Part shown: piece by piece, positions 39,484 through 49,079 of the stretch
Layout of the letters: each line of letters opens with the position of its first letter
How positions within the stretch are numbered: position 1 is the stretch's first letter
Assembly (NCBI GenBank): GCA_963774935.1
Contig: CAVZGO010000007.1
Location: 215,861 to 279,860, forward strand
Reading direction: 5' to 3'
DNA from: an uncultured Chloroflexia bacterium
Lineage (GTDB): Bacteria > Chloroflexota > Anaerolineae > Anaerolineales > UBA4823
Length of the DNA stretch: 64,000 nucleotides
The notes under the pieces: model-generated
What the model was told of the DNA's origin: nothing
The model's input: only the letters and a program-made list of their open reading frames with translations
The model's database searches: none
Made by a program: the position numbers and the translations under genes

Positions 39484-40510
39484 ATGCAACTATCTGTACA
39501 TCGCACCATATCAGAAATTAATCCACTCGCAGAAGAATGGAATGATCTGTTGAGCTGTTGTAGTGCAAGTCATGTACCATTTTTGCGACATGAGTACTTA
39601 ACTACGTGGTGGCACACCCTGGGAGGCGGTGAATGGTCAAAAGGCGAGCTGTTTGTTGTAACCGCTCGCGAAGAGGATGGGCAACTTGTGGGTGTTGCCC
39701 CCCTGTTCTTTACTGACAACCGTGAAGGTGAGCCTGCCATGATGCTGCTTGGCAGCATCGAAATTTCTGATTACCTGGATCTAATCGCCCCTCGTTCAGC
39801 GCTGCCTACTTTTACACACCTGTTACTGGAGCTACTCGCCAGCCCAATTGCTCCTGCCTGGAAAGTCCTGGATTTGTACAATCTGCCTGAGCATTCGCCA
39901 ACCTTGCCTAATATACGCGCCGCAGCTGAGGAATTCGCCTGGCAATACGAGCAGCAGCCATCTACAGAGAACCCCTTATATTCCCCTCCCAGGTGATTGG
40001 GAGACATATCTGGCAAGCATCGACAAGAAACAGCGCCATGAGATTCGGCGCAAAATGCGCCGAGCTGAGGAGTATCCCGAACCGGTACACTGGTATATCG
40101 TGACTGAAGAAGCTACTTTACATCAGGAAACCGAAGATTTTCTGTCTTTGATGGCACAGGATCCCGAAAAAGAGCGCTTTCTCACCAGCAGTATGCGTGC
40201 TCAAATGCACGCCACTATCCAAGCTGCATTCAGGGAGGGTTGGCTTCAGCTTGCCATGCTGACTGTCGGTGATCAAAAAGTAGCCGGTTATTTAAACTTC
40301 GATTACAACGGTCATATCTGGGTATATAACTCTGGGCTGAACTTCAGTTACCGCGAACTTTCCCCGGGTTGGGTACTGCTCGGTCACCTGCTAAAATGGG
40401 CAAATGAGAACCAGCGTGCCGCCTTCGATTTTATGCGTGGTGATGAGGAGTACAAATATCGTTTTGGCGCAATCGATCGTTATGTGATGCGCGCCATCGT
40501 TCGAAGGTAA
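39484..40510 (+). pseudogene. CelD/BioF2-like GNAT (FemAB-fold) acetyltransferase-family protein, frame broken in a C4 run near 39972-39975
   Basis: The N-part (ORF 39421..39996) ends ...QYEQQPSTE. The +1 frame (ORF 39848..40510) continues PYIPLPGDWETYLASIDKKQRHEIRRKMRR...FDFMRGDEEYKYRFGA, the typical CelD-like core. Confidence 0.7.
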
Positions 40511-40530
40511 GCCCTCACACTTCACCGAAT

Positions 40531-41643
40531 CTAGTGAATCATCCGCGGATATCCTAGACCATCTACCTGCACATCGCCGGGCTGGCTCGACCACACTCCG
40601 GCGATTTTTTCATGACAATTGGGACAGGTTCCCTGGGATGTAATCTGATAACTGCGGATCACATAGCTGGTACGTTCTATCAATCGGGATCGACACTTCG
40701 GACACCAGGTGCTCTCGTACTCCCCGACGCGTCCAGGAATATTCCCGGCGTAGACATAATTCAATCCAGCCTCCTGGCCGATCTCAGATGCCCTGATTAG
40801 CGTGCGCACTGGGGTTGGAGATGGATGTGTCATTTTATAATCTGGATGAAAAGCGGTAACATGCCACGGGATATCATTCGAAACCGATTTAATAAACTGC
40901 GCCATTTCCATCAGCTCATCCGTGCTGTCATTAAAACCAGGCACCACCAGGGTCACCACCTCCACCCATAAGCCCATTTGGTGGGCAAGTCGAATGCTGT
41001 CCAAAACATGCTGAAGAACCCCACCAAGCTGGCGGTACTGGTGATCTTGCATCGTTTTCAAATCGATCTTATATCCCACCAGGTATGGTCGCAAGTACTC
41101 CAACACCTCGGGTGTAGCATTACCATTGGAGATGTAAACACACTGCATACCTAACGGCTTAGCCAATCGAAAGATATCAACCGCCCACTCGGTGGTAATC
41201 AATGGCTCATTATACGAAGAAGCGATGATCCCGACTCCATTGCGCTGTGCAAAATTTACTATCTGCTCAGGAGAGACGCGCCTCAGGTAATTACCAGCTA
41301 TATCCGAAGCGGGGTCGCGCAAGGCTTGTGAAGACAGGCTGTTCTGGCAGTATGCGCAATGAAAATCACACCCCAGCATTCCAAACGTCAGTGCTTCACT
41401 GCCCGGATAGATATGGAAAAATGGTTTTTTTTCGATTGGATCGACCTGCAAAGCAGCTACATACCCCCATGGTACACGTAGCACACCGTCTTGGTTAAAG
41501 CGTACCTGGCATATACCTCGCCGCCCTGGACGAACCAAGCACCGATGCCCGCAGGCTACGCAGCGCACTGCTCCATCCTGCAAGACTTCAACCAGCTCTC
41601 CTTCTCTCGTCATGCTGTCCAGGTATTCTGCCAGGGTTGTCAT
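40531..41643 (-). CDS. AmmeMemoRadiSam-system-type radical SAM enzyme (PFL-activase-like)
   Basis: CDFHCAYCQN radical-SAM cluster motif, N-terminal CVACGHRC...GICQVR and C-terminal zinc-ribbon CPKC...CPNC. The start is placed at MTTLAEY (41643). No AMMECR1 or Memo partner is in the window. Confidence 0.75.
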   Translation of the reverse strand: MTTLAEYLDSMTREGELVEVLQDGAVRCVACGHRCLVRPGRRGICQVRFNQDGVLRVPWGYVAALQVDPIEKKPFFHIYPGSEALTFGMLGCDFHCAYCQNSLSSQALRDPASDIAGNYLRRVSPEQIVNFAQRNGVGIIASSYNEPLITTEWAVDIFRLAKPLGMQCVYISNGNATPEVLEYLRPYLVGYKIDLKTMQDHQYRQLGGVLQHVLDSIRLAHQMGLWVEVVTLVVPGFNDSTDELMEMAQFIKSVSNDIPWHVTAFHPDYKMTHPSPTPVRTLIRASEIGQEAGLNYVYAGNIPGRVGEYESTWCPKCRSRLIERTSYVIRSYQITSQGTCPNCHEKIAGVWSSQPGDVQVDGLGYPRMIH

Positions 41644-41709
41644 AGCTCGCTCCTGATCTGGGCTGGCAAGGTCAATAAGCCCAACCCACATATCTATTAT
41701 AATCACATC

Positions 41710-42315
41710 ATGCTAACCGTTGCCATCCAGGCAGGAGGCACTTCACGTCGCATGGGTCAGGACAAGGCCCTATCACCTTTCCTGGGGCAGCCACTGATTC
41801 AACACGTGGTTAACCGCCTCTCATCCCTGGCTGCCGAAATCATGGTCACCACCAACCAGCCCCAAGCCTATAGCTTCCTGGGTCTGCCATTGTATCTCGA
41901 TCTGATCCCGGGTCGAGGCGCGCTGGGTGGCATCTACACTGCGCTACATTTCGCCAGCCACCCGTTCGTTGCAGTCGTCGCCTGCGATATGCCCTTTGCC
42001 AGCCCTGCACTCTTCTCTGCTGAAATGGATCTCTTGATCTCAACCAATGCAGATATTGTTATCCCCAGGACAGGTGAAGGTCTGGAACCATTCCACGCGG
42101 TATACCGCCAGTCTACCTGCCTGCCACACATCAAATCAGCATTGTCTGCCGGCTACTGGCGAGTCGACTCCTGGTTCAATCAGGTTAAAGTTCAGGTTAT
42201 TGAAGACGCTGAAATCCGAAAGCATGACCCCCTTCTGAATTGTTTTCGTAATGTAAATACACCCGAAGAGCTGGCTGAAGCTGAGATGATTGCGCAGAAA
42301 AACCTCAAACAGTAG
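41710..42315 (+). CDS. MobA-like NTP-transferase (molybdenum cofactor guanylyltransferase family)
   Basis: LTVAIQAGGTSRRMGQDKAL N-terminus and a DxP region (ACDMPF). The start is at ATG 41710. The long track ORF upstream is antisense to the rSAM gene. Confidence 0.75.
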   Translation: MLTVAIQAGGTSRRMGQDKALSPFLGQPLIQHVVNRLSSLAAEIMVTTNQPQAYSFLGLPLYLDLIPGRGALGGIYTALHFASHPFVAVVACDMPFASPALFSAEMDLLISTNADIVIPRTGEGLEPFHAVYRQSTCLPHIKSALSAGYWRVDSWFNQVKVQVIEDAEIRKHDPLLNCFRNVNTPEELAEAEMIAQKNLKQ

Positions 42316-42355
42316 GGTATAATCAGACAAATTTACTCTAATATACGGGTTTTCT

Positions 42356-43165
42356 ATGGCAGAAACGCTCAAGTTATTAGCCGTCTTTCCTCATCCAGAT
42401 GATGAATCCTTAGGCATGGGAGGCACGCTGGCTCGATATGCTGCCGAAGGGATAGAGACCTACCTCCTGTGTGCTACGCGTGGAGAACGTGGCTGGAACG
42501 GACCTGAAGAGCAGGACCCTGGACTATCTGTCATGGGCAACATACGCCAGACTGAGCTTCACTGCGCCGCTAAAATACTGGGTCTTCAGGAAGTCCAGTT
42601 TCTTGATTACCTTGACGGCGAGGTTGACCAGGTAAATCCGCAGCAAGCAATTGCCCTAATTACCAGCCACATCCGGCGCATCCGGCCGCAAGTGGTGGTA
42701 ACCTTTTCGCCGGATGGCAATTACGGCCACCCTGATCATATTGCTTTAGCCCAGTTTACAGCTGGAGCCCTGTTGTGCGCAGCAGATGCCAGCTTTCGCG
42801 ACCCGATGGACCTGCCTCCCTATCGAGTTGCCAAGTTTTACCACATGGTTGATTCACAGAGCATGGTCGCGGCGGTTAAAGAAAGCCTTGGTGAGCTCGA
42901 TATCACTGTTGATGGAGTTACCCGCGATCACTTCGGGTGGAAGGAATGGGCGATAACCACCCGTATTGATACCCGTCGGCATTTTGACCAGGTTTGGCAG
43001 GCGATCCTTTGCCACCAGTCCCAGCTCCCCGGCTATGGCCCACTGGTCGACTTACCCCGCCAGACTTTGCTTCGCTTTTGGAGCGAGGGCACCTTTGTGC
43101 GAATATTCAGCCTGGTGAACGGTGGCAGGGAAATCGAGCATGATCTCTTCGAGGGATTGCGGTAA
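42356..43165 (+). CDS. PIG-L/LmbE-family N-acetylglucosaminyl deacetylase
   Basis: AVFPHPDDESLGMGGT and GHPDH zinc-binding motifs. Confidence 0.85.
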   Translation: MAETLKLLAVFPHPDDESLGMGGTLARYAAEGIETYLLCATRGERGWNGPEEQDPGLSVMGNIRQTELHCAAKILGLQEVQFLDYLDGEVDQVNPQQAIALITSHIRRIRPQVVVTFSPDGNYGHPDHIALAQFTAGALLCAADASFRDPMDLPPYRVAKFYHMVDSQSMVAAVKESLGELDITVDGVTRDHFGWKEWAITTRIDTRRHFDQVWQAILCHQSQLPGYGPLVDLPRQTLLRFWSEGTFVRIFSLVNGGREIEHDLFEGLR

Positions 43166-43424
43166 GCAGTCGACCTGCGTGCAGATACTCAATTCTGCTT
43201 GTCCGATATGTTTCCTGATTTCGATGGAATTATTGACCGGCGATCCATATCGAATATTAATTATTCTGATTTTAAATATACCTTGAAAGGTAAATTAGGT
43301 TAAACATTGCCAGCCCAAAGATCATGCTGGAAGAGGGGTTGAATCGCATGAAAGCAGCATTGCATAAATAACTGGTACAATTTCTAAACAACACCTCATC
43401 CAATTCTTACAGGAGATCATCAAT

Positions 43425-44696
43425 ATGACCCTCGACTTGCCCATCATTCGTGGCCACTTTCCCGCGTTGGGCCGCCAGTCCCAACACGATTTTCCAGCCA
43501 TCTATTTAGACAATCCGGGCGGCACACAGATATCCCAGACGTCCCTGGAGCGCATCAACGCATATCTTCTTAATCATAATGCCAATCATGGTGGGGCTTT
43601 TTTTACAAGCCAGCAATCGGATGCCGTCCTCGACGACGCACATGCGGCTATGGCTGATTTCTATAATGCTTCACGACCGGAAGAGGTCATCTTTGGCAAC
43701 AATATGACCACTCTCACCTTGCACATCAGCCGCTCAATTTCTCGAACCTGGCAACCGGGCGATGAAATTGTTGTCACGCGCCTGGATCACGATGCAAATA
43801 TCACTCCCTGGGTGCTGGCTGCCCAGGATCGTGGTTGTAAAGTACGCTGGGTAGATTTTCACACGGAAGATGGAACACTGGATCTCGATGACTTGAAAAA
43901 AGCACTTCAAGGGAAGCCAAAGCTGCTGGCTGTTGGTTATGCCTCTAACGCGCTGGGCACCATCAATCCAGTTGCCAGTATTGTGGAGATGGCACATGCG
44001 GCTGGCGCGTTGGTCTATATTGACGCGGTCCAATATGCCGCGCATGGCCCAATCGACGTGCAGCAGATCGGCTGTGATTTCCTGGTTTCGTCCGCTTACA
44101 AATTTTTCGGTCCGCACGCTGGCATCTTATATGGGCGTTATGATTTACTCGATGAACTGTTTGCATATAAAGTCCGCCCAGCCACAAACAGCCTGCCAGG
44201 CAGGTTTGAGACTGGCACTCAAAACCACGAGGGCATCGCCGGGGTTCTCGGTGCTGTTGAATACCTGGCATGGATAGGCCAGAATTTTGGAGATGAATTT
44301 GGGGAAAAGTATGCTCAACAATTCACCGGGCGGCGCTTACATCTCAAGCAGGGCATGGCAGCAATACGCGCCTATGAGTTCGAGCTTAGCCGGGCTGTCC
44401 TGGCTGTGCTGCAGGAAACCTCGGGCTTGTCTATATATGGACTGGCGGATCCGCTCCGCCTGGAAGAGCGAGTACCCACCTTCTCGTTTACGTTAGAAGG
44501 TTGGCACCCTCGACAAGTTGCGGAAAGTCTGGCACGGAAAAATATTTATGTGTGGGATGGGAATTACTATGCCCTTGCAATTACCGAGCGTCTGGGGCTA
44601 GAAACTAGCGGCGGAATGGTTCGGGTTGGGCCGGTGCATTACAATACGCTTGATGAAATCGAAAAATTAAAATTAGCCTTGCAGTCCTTGGGATAA
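43425..44696 (+). CDS. class V aminotransferase, cysteine-desulfurase-like protein
   Basis: PLP-lysine motif SSAYKFFGPH, plus HDANITPW and TGTQNHEG. Confidence 0.8.
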   Translation: MTLDLPIIRGHFPALGRQSQHDFPAIYLDNPGGTQISQTSLERINAYLLNHNANHGGAFFTSQQSDAVLDDAHAAMADFYNASRPEEVIFGNNMTTLTLHISRSISRTWQPGDEIVVTRLDHDANITPWVLAAQDRGCKVRWVDFHTEDGTLDLDDLKKALQGKPKLLAVGYASNALGTINPVASIVEMAHAAGALVYIDAVQYAAHGPIDVQQIGCDFLVSSAYKFFGPHAGILYGRYDLLDELFAYKVRPATNSLPGRFETGTQNHEGIAGVLGAVEYLAWIGQNFGDEFGEKYAQQFTGRRLHLKQGMAAIRAYEFELSRAVLAVLQETSGLSIYGLADPLRLEERVPTFSFTLEGWHPRQVAESLARKNIYVWDGNYYALAITERLGLETSGGMVRVGPVHYNTLDEIEKLKLALQSLG

Positions 44697-44735
44697 TGCG
44701 ATAATCACCCCCAAAATTTTAACCAACCTATTTAA

Positions 44736-44778
44736 ACGTTGAACGCCAGGGTGAGGGGGGCACCCTGACGTTCAACGT
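44736..44778 (+). terminator. long stem-loop after the desulfurase-like gene
   Basis: ACGTTGAACGCCAGGGTG / CACCCTGACGTTCAACGT forms an 18-bp stem with 1 mismatch and an AGGGGGG loop. The 3' flank is AT-rich, but only a weak T-tract follows. Confidence 0.55.
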
Positions 44779-44855
44779 AATTAGTTTAACATACCATATT
44801 CATAACAATGAAACAAAATCGTTGCAATATCATTACAATTTTGCAATTATTAGAC

Positions 44856-44931
44856 TGGCGCCCCAGGCGGGAGTCGAACCCACAACCACGGCCTTAGGAG
44901 AGCCTCGCTCTATCCTTTGAGCTACTGGGGC
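44856..44931 (-). tRNA. tRNA-Arg (anticodon CCU), CCA encoded
   Basis: Hand-folded 76 nt. Acceptor GCCCCAG/CTGGGGC, D arm GCTC-AAAGGATA-GAGC, anticodon loop CTCCTAA (the stem has one A-G mismatch), variable loop TGGTT, T arm GTGGG-TTCGACT-CCCGC, then G-CCA. Confidence 0.85.
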
Positions 44932-44943
44932 GTGCTGGGTCTC

Positions 44944-44972
44944 ATTATACAAAATCCCTGGTCAGTTGACCA
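44944..44972 (-). promoter_or_regulatory. candidate promoter of tRNA-Arg
   Basis: On the minus strand, TGGTCA (44972-44967), a 17-nt spacer and TATAAT (44949-44944). The -10 box ends 12 nt upstream of the mature tRNA 5' end. The -35 box lies inside the sdh terminator stem. Confidence 0.4.
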
Positions 44973-44978
44973 GGGATT
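44951..44978 (-). terminator. intrinsic terminator of the sdh operon
   Basis: AATCCCTGGTC-AGTT-GACCAGGGATT forms an 11-bp stem. On the minus strand it is followed by TTTTGTATAA. It lies 24 nt after the sdhB stop. Confidence 0.75.
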
Positions 44979-45001
44979 ATATCGGCGAGAAATTTCTGCA
45001 C

Positions 45002-45706
45002 CTATTCGATCTTTCCTGTGGCAATTGCCCGTTTTACTTCGCCAATGGCGCGCGTCACCTGGATTTCGCGCGGGCAAGCCTCGGTGCAATTGAAAATTGT
45101 ATGGCAGCGATAGACCCCAAACTGGTCCGCCAGGATCTTCAATCGCTCGGCTCCAGCCCGGTCGCGGCTGTCAAAGATGAAACGATGTGCATTGACGATC
45201 GCTGCAGGACCCACATATTGTTCGTTAGCCCAGAAGGAGGGGCAAGAAGAAGTACAGCAAGCGCATAAGATGCATTTCGTGGTATCGTCAAAGCGTTCAC
45301 GCTGGTCAATGGATTGCAAACGTTCCGCTTTTGGCTCCGGCTCATCATTCACCAGATAGGGCAGCACGGATCTGTAATGATCGAAGAAAGGCTCCATATC
45401 AACGATCAAATCCTTAATCGGCCTCATCCCCAGGATCGGCTCTACAACAATTTTATTCGTATTGAGATCTTGCACCAGCGTCTTGCACGCCAGGCGGTTA
45501 ACACCATTAATACGCATAGCATCTGAGCCACACATCCCATGAGCACACGAACGCCTGAAGGATAATGTGCCGTCATAATAGCCCTTGACATACTCGAGCA
45601 AGTGCAGCACGAGGTCGGTTGGCTCAGCTACCAGATTGTAGGTTTCATAATGTGGTTTTTTATCGGTCTCCGGATTGAAACGGTAAATTCGTAATGTAAT
45701 TTCCAT
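45002..45706 (-). CDS. sdhB: succinate dehydrogenase/fumarate reductase iron-sulfur subunit
   Basis: Three Cys clusters: CAHGMCGSDAMRING (2Fe-2S), CILCACCTSSCP (4Fe-4S) and CHTIFNCTEACP (3Fe-4S). Confidence 0.95.
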   Translation of the reverse strand: MEITLRIYRFNPETDKKPHYETYNLVAEPTDLVLHLLEYVKGYYDGTLSFRRSCAHGMCGSDAMRINGVNRLACKTLVQDLNTNKIVVEPILGMRPIKDLIVDMEPFFDHYRSVLPYLVNDEPEPKAERLQSIDQRERFDDTTKCILCACCTSSCPSFWANEQYVGPAAIVNAHRFIFDSRDRAGAERLKILADQFGVYRCHTIFNCTEACPREIQVTRAIGEVKRAIATGKIE

Positions 45707-45721
45707 AATGACCTCACAAGC

Positions 45722-47515
45722 CTAATAAACGCGTTCCTTGGGCTGGTATTTGGTTATCGTCACTGGTTTTAGGCGCAGTTCAATTTGCCCATCACGTTTC
45801 CAAATCAGCGAGTGCTTCAACCAATTTACGTCATCTCGGTTAGGAAAATCTTCGCGTGCATGCCCGCCGCGGCTTTCCGTCCGGTTGAGCGCACATATGG
45901 TGGTTAACTCCGCCACCTGAAGTAAATTATCCAATTCCCAGGCATTGGTCAGCTCGGTGTTGAATACCTTGCCGCGATCGAGGATTTTGATATGCTTGAG
46001 TCGATCTTGCCACTCGCGCACCTTATTCAGCGCATGGTTCATTCCATCGGCAGTGCGAAATACGCCTACTTCTTCAAACATGACACTTTTCATCTCGTGA
46101 GCAATCTCAAAAACCTTTTCATCACCGCTCGCACTTAACAAGCGGTCTATTTGTTGCATGGCGAACTCCGTCGGATCAGATGGGAGGTTGAGCAAGTCCG
46201 CTCCTTGTGCAAATTCAGCCGCTTGCAAGCCAGTATGCTTCCCGAATACGATCAAATCTAGCAACGAGTTCGTGCCGAGCCGGTTAGCGCCATGAACCGA
46301 TACACAGGCGCACTCTCCCGCCGCATAAAAACCAGGCATCACGGTATTATTCTCGTCAACGACTACCTCACCAAACTTGTTGGTAGGAATGCCACCCATG
46401 GCATAGTGTGCCGTCGGCTGCACCGGAATTGGCTGCGACACGGGGTCGACGCCTAAATATGTGCGAGAGAAATCAACGATATCGGGAAGTTTGGCCATTA
46501 GCTCTTCCGCGGTGACGGTGTATGGTGTTCCGTCGATACGCTTTCGCCCATCTTCGGCAGCATATTTATTAACAACATCCGGACGCATATCCAGGTACAG
46601 GTAGCGTTTACCCTCAACTCCTCGTCCTTCACGCATTTCCAGATACATCGCGCGGCTGGTCACATCGCGCGATGCCAGATCTTTCACCTTTGGTGCATAT
46701 TTTGGCATGAAGCGATCTCCCAGGCCATTGACCAGTACACCGCCTTCCCCGCGTACACCCTCGGTGATCAGGATGCCTAATTTATAAATACCAGTCGGGT
46801 GGAACTGAAAAAATTCAAGGTCCTGAGCGGGTATGCCACGCCGGAGAGTTACTGCAAGACCATCACCGGTGAATGCATACGCATTTGATGTAATCTCCCA
46901 GATCCGCCCGTGACCACCGGTTGCGAAGATGGTCGCTTTCGCATGGAAAACATGCAGCTCACCGGTTGCTAATTCTAAAGCCACAACCCCGGCTGCGGCA
47001 CCATTAACAACCAGTAAATCCAAAACCTGGAACTCATCATAAAAGAGCACATGGTTCTTGATGCATTGCTGATACAGGGTCTGCAAGATCATATGACCGG
47101 TGCGGTCTGCTGCATAACAAGCACGCGAGACAGGCTTCCCGGTGACGTTATTCGTATGTCCGCCGAATGGTCTCTGAGCAATACGACCATCCTCAGTCCG
47201 AGAAAAAGGCAGACCCATATGTTCCAATTCATAAACTGCCGGTATTGCCTCCTTGCACATAAACTCAATCGCATCCTGGTCACCCAGGTAATCACTGCCC
47301 TTCACGGTATCAAAGGCATGCCACTCCCAATGATCTTCCTCAATATTTCCCAGGGCAGCACCGACCCCGCCTTGTGCAGCACCTGTGTGCGAGCGCGTCG
47401 GATAAAGCTTGCTTAATACCGCCGTACTGACATTCTTCGAGGCGTATAAAGCAGCCATCAAACCAGCCCCGCCTGCGCCGACAACCACTACATCAAGCTG
47501 ATGATAATTTTTCAT
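45722..47515 (-). CDS. sdhA: succinate dehydrogenase flavoprotein subunit
   Basis: FAD motif [10 protein letters not shown], covalent-FAD His region [10 protein letters not shown] and HPTG. The start is at ATG 47515 with AGGAG 7 nt upstream. Confidence 0.95.
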   Translation of the reverse strand: MKNYHQLDVVVVGAGGAGLMAALYASKNVSTAVLSKLYPTRSHTGAAQGGVGAALGNIEEDHWEWHAFDTVKGSDYLGDQDAIEFMCKEAIPAVYELEHMGLPFSRTEDGRIAQRPFGGHTNNVTGKPVSRACYAADRTGHMILQTLYQQCIKNHVLFYDEFQVLDLLVVNGAAAGVVALELATGELHVFHAKATIFATGGHGRIWEITSNAYAFTGDGLAVTLRRGIPAQDLEFFQFHPTGIYKLGILITEGVRGEGGVLVNGLGDRFMPKYAPKVKDLASRDVTSRAMYLEMREGRGVEGKRYLYLDMRPDVVNKYAAEDGRKRIDGTPYTVTAEELMAKLPDIVDFSRTYLGVDPVSQPIPVQPTAHYAMGGIPTNKFGEVVVDENNTVMPGFYAAGECACVSVHGANRLGTNSLLDLIVFGKHTGLQAAEFAQGADLLNLPSDPTEFAMQQIDRLLSASGDEKVFEIAHEMKSVMFEEVGVFRTADGMNHALNKVREWQDRLKHIKILDRGKVFNTELTNAWELDNLLQVAELTTICALNRTESRGGHAREDFPNRDDVNWLKHSLIWKRDGQIELRLKPVTITKYQPKERVY

Positions 47516-47531
47516 ATGTTCACTCCTGACA

Positions 47532-47960
47532 TTAGGAAGCCAGAATAACGTACACCGCAACAATTAACATGAATATCCATAATCCAAGCAGGAGGCCGCG
47601 CAAAATTACCCTGGACCAGCTATTTCGAATGTAATCTTCGACCACCACCCGTAAACCATTAATGCCATGGGTCAGACCAAAAAAGACGATCATCATCTCC
47701 ATCACCTGCCAGTATGCAGTCGCCCATCCCACTGCTACATCTGGGATATTGCTATTGACAACATGGTTAGGGTTGGGAAAGAAGGTCCAGCGCACCAGGG
47801 TAGGAAGGTCGATTTGTAAACGAGCGCCCATAATAAATGCGCCAATCACTCCAACAATTGCCAGAATGACCATTGCCAAACCTGAGATGCGGGTGAAAAT
47901 CCAGGCCATGTATTCGAAGCTGAAGCCAACGTGAGGAGCTGATCGAGAACTCATCATCAT
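47532..47960 (-). CDS. sdhD: succinate dehydrogenase hydrophobic membrane anchor subunit
   Basis: 142 aa with 3-4 TM helices. It is the second gene of the sdhCDAB order, with AAGGAG upstream. Confidence 0.75.
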   Translation of the reverse strand: MMMSSRSAPHVGFSFEYMAWIFTRISGLAMVILAIVGVIGAFIMGARLQIDLPTLVRWTFFPNPNHVVNSNIPDVAVGWATAYWQVMEMMIVFFGLTHGINGLRVVVEDYIRNSWSRVILRGLLLGLWIFMLIVAVYVILAS

Positions 47961-47969
47961 TACTCCTTC

Positions 47970-48359
47970 TTAACCGCCCGCCGTCAATGCGTTCTGGATC
48001 ATTATATAGAGGGTCAACCCGTAGACAGGGATGAAGATAATCCACTCCAGCCAGAGCAGCTCACGCTGAAATTCATACAGGCGAGGCCAGAAGTCCATCA
48101 TAATGATCCTCGTTCCGTTTAGAGCGTGAAAAATAACGAAAAAATAAATGAACATCTGGAAGTAAACTGACTCATAGATTGTGTTAATCAGAGTCGCAAA
48201 GTCACTTCCTGTTTGTTGCATGAAAAACGAGGAGACGACATGCATGCTGACAAAAAGAATAATCGCCAGGCCTCCGATGCGGTGAAGAATCCAAACAATC
48301 ATCGGACCTCCCCCACGATAACGTAAACCTCGTAAACCAACATTTCTCGTTAGGGTCAT
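47970..48359 (-). CDS. sdhC: succinate dehydrogenase cytochrome b subunit
   Basis: About 129 aa from ATG 48359 (AAGGAG 6 nt upstream). It has 3 TM helices with a conserved His in HRIGG and is the first gene of the operon. Confidence 0.8.
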   Translation of the reverse strand: MTLTRNVGLRGLRYRGGGPMIVWILHRIGGLAIILFVSMHVVSSFFMQQTGSDFATLINTIYESVYFQMFIYFFVIFHALNGTRIIMMDFWPRLYEFQRELLWLEWIIFIPVYGLTLYIMIQNALTAGG

Positions 48360-48440
48360 ATGGTTCTCCTTCAAGGTCCTTTTTTCGGCGAGAAAGTTCT
48401 CTCTGTATTATTTTATACGATCTGTAGGGCTTTTGATTGC

Positions 48441-48469
48441 TTGAATTTCACTGCTATTCCTGTTAAAAT
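48441..48469 (+). promoter_or_regulatory. candidate sigma70-type promoter of qcrABC
   Basis: TTGAAT (48441-48446), a 17-nt spacer and TAAAAT (48464-48469). It lies about 120 nt upstream of the qcrA ATG. Confidence 0.45.
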
Positions 48470-48591
48470 CAAGCTACCTCAAATAAATTACTATTAACTT
48501 CCTGTTCTCTAGATTCATTTTACCATGCATAGTCGTCTTCATCTCTACTCTAGATTATTCACCCTTCGCCCACAATCTGAAGGAGGTATGA

Positions 48592-49077
48592 ATGCCGAAA
48601 TCTCCTGAAATCAGCCGGCGTGATTTTGTGACACTCACCGTCGGCGCTTTAGGTACCGTAATGGTAGTCTCGATCGGTCTACCAGCAGTTGCTTATTCCT
48701 TAGGGCCGGGCCTGAAAATAAGTAAGACCGACGCCTGGGTGCCCGTAGGTAAAGTAGAAGATTTTCCACAAGGAACGCCCACACCTGTCAGCTTTACCCG
48801 CACCAAGGTCAACGGTTGGGAAAAGACGGTTAACTCCTATGGTGTATACGTGGTCAAACCCGCTGAAGGAGATCCTTATGTTTTGTCAAACATCTGCACC
48901 CATTTAAGCTGCCGGGTAACATGGAAGGAGGATGAAAAAGTCTACTTCTGCCCATGTCATGATGGTCTATTCGATATCCAAGGCCAGGTGGTAGATGGCC
49001 CGCCGCCCCATCCATTACAAGAGTATGAAACAAAAATTGAGGATGGCACATTGTATATTCGCTTGCAGGAAGGGTGA
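48592..49077 (+). CDS. qcrA: Rieske [2Fe-2S] subunit of menaquinol-cytochrome c reductase
   Basis: Tat-like SRRDFV N-terminus. Rieske boxes CTHLSCRV and CPCHDGLF. GGAGG SD. Confidence 0.9.
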   Translation: MPKSPEISRRDFVTLTVGALGTVMVVSIGLPAVAYSLGPGLKISKTDAWVPVGKVEDFPQGTPTPVSFTRTKVNGWEKTVNSYGVYVVKPAEGDPYVLSNICTHLSCRVTWKEDEKVYFCPCHDGLFDIQGQVVDGPPPHPLQEYETKIEDGTLYIRLQEG

Positions 49078-49079
49078 GC

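Noticed and set aside
44777-44791. Third copy of the GTAAATTAGGTTAAACA motif (GTAATTAGTTTAACA)
   Set aside because: It needs two gaps and one mismatch in an AT-rich context, and it overlaps the terminator stem flank. No hairpin/SD/micro-ORF follows, so it is too degenerate to count.
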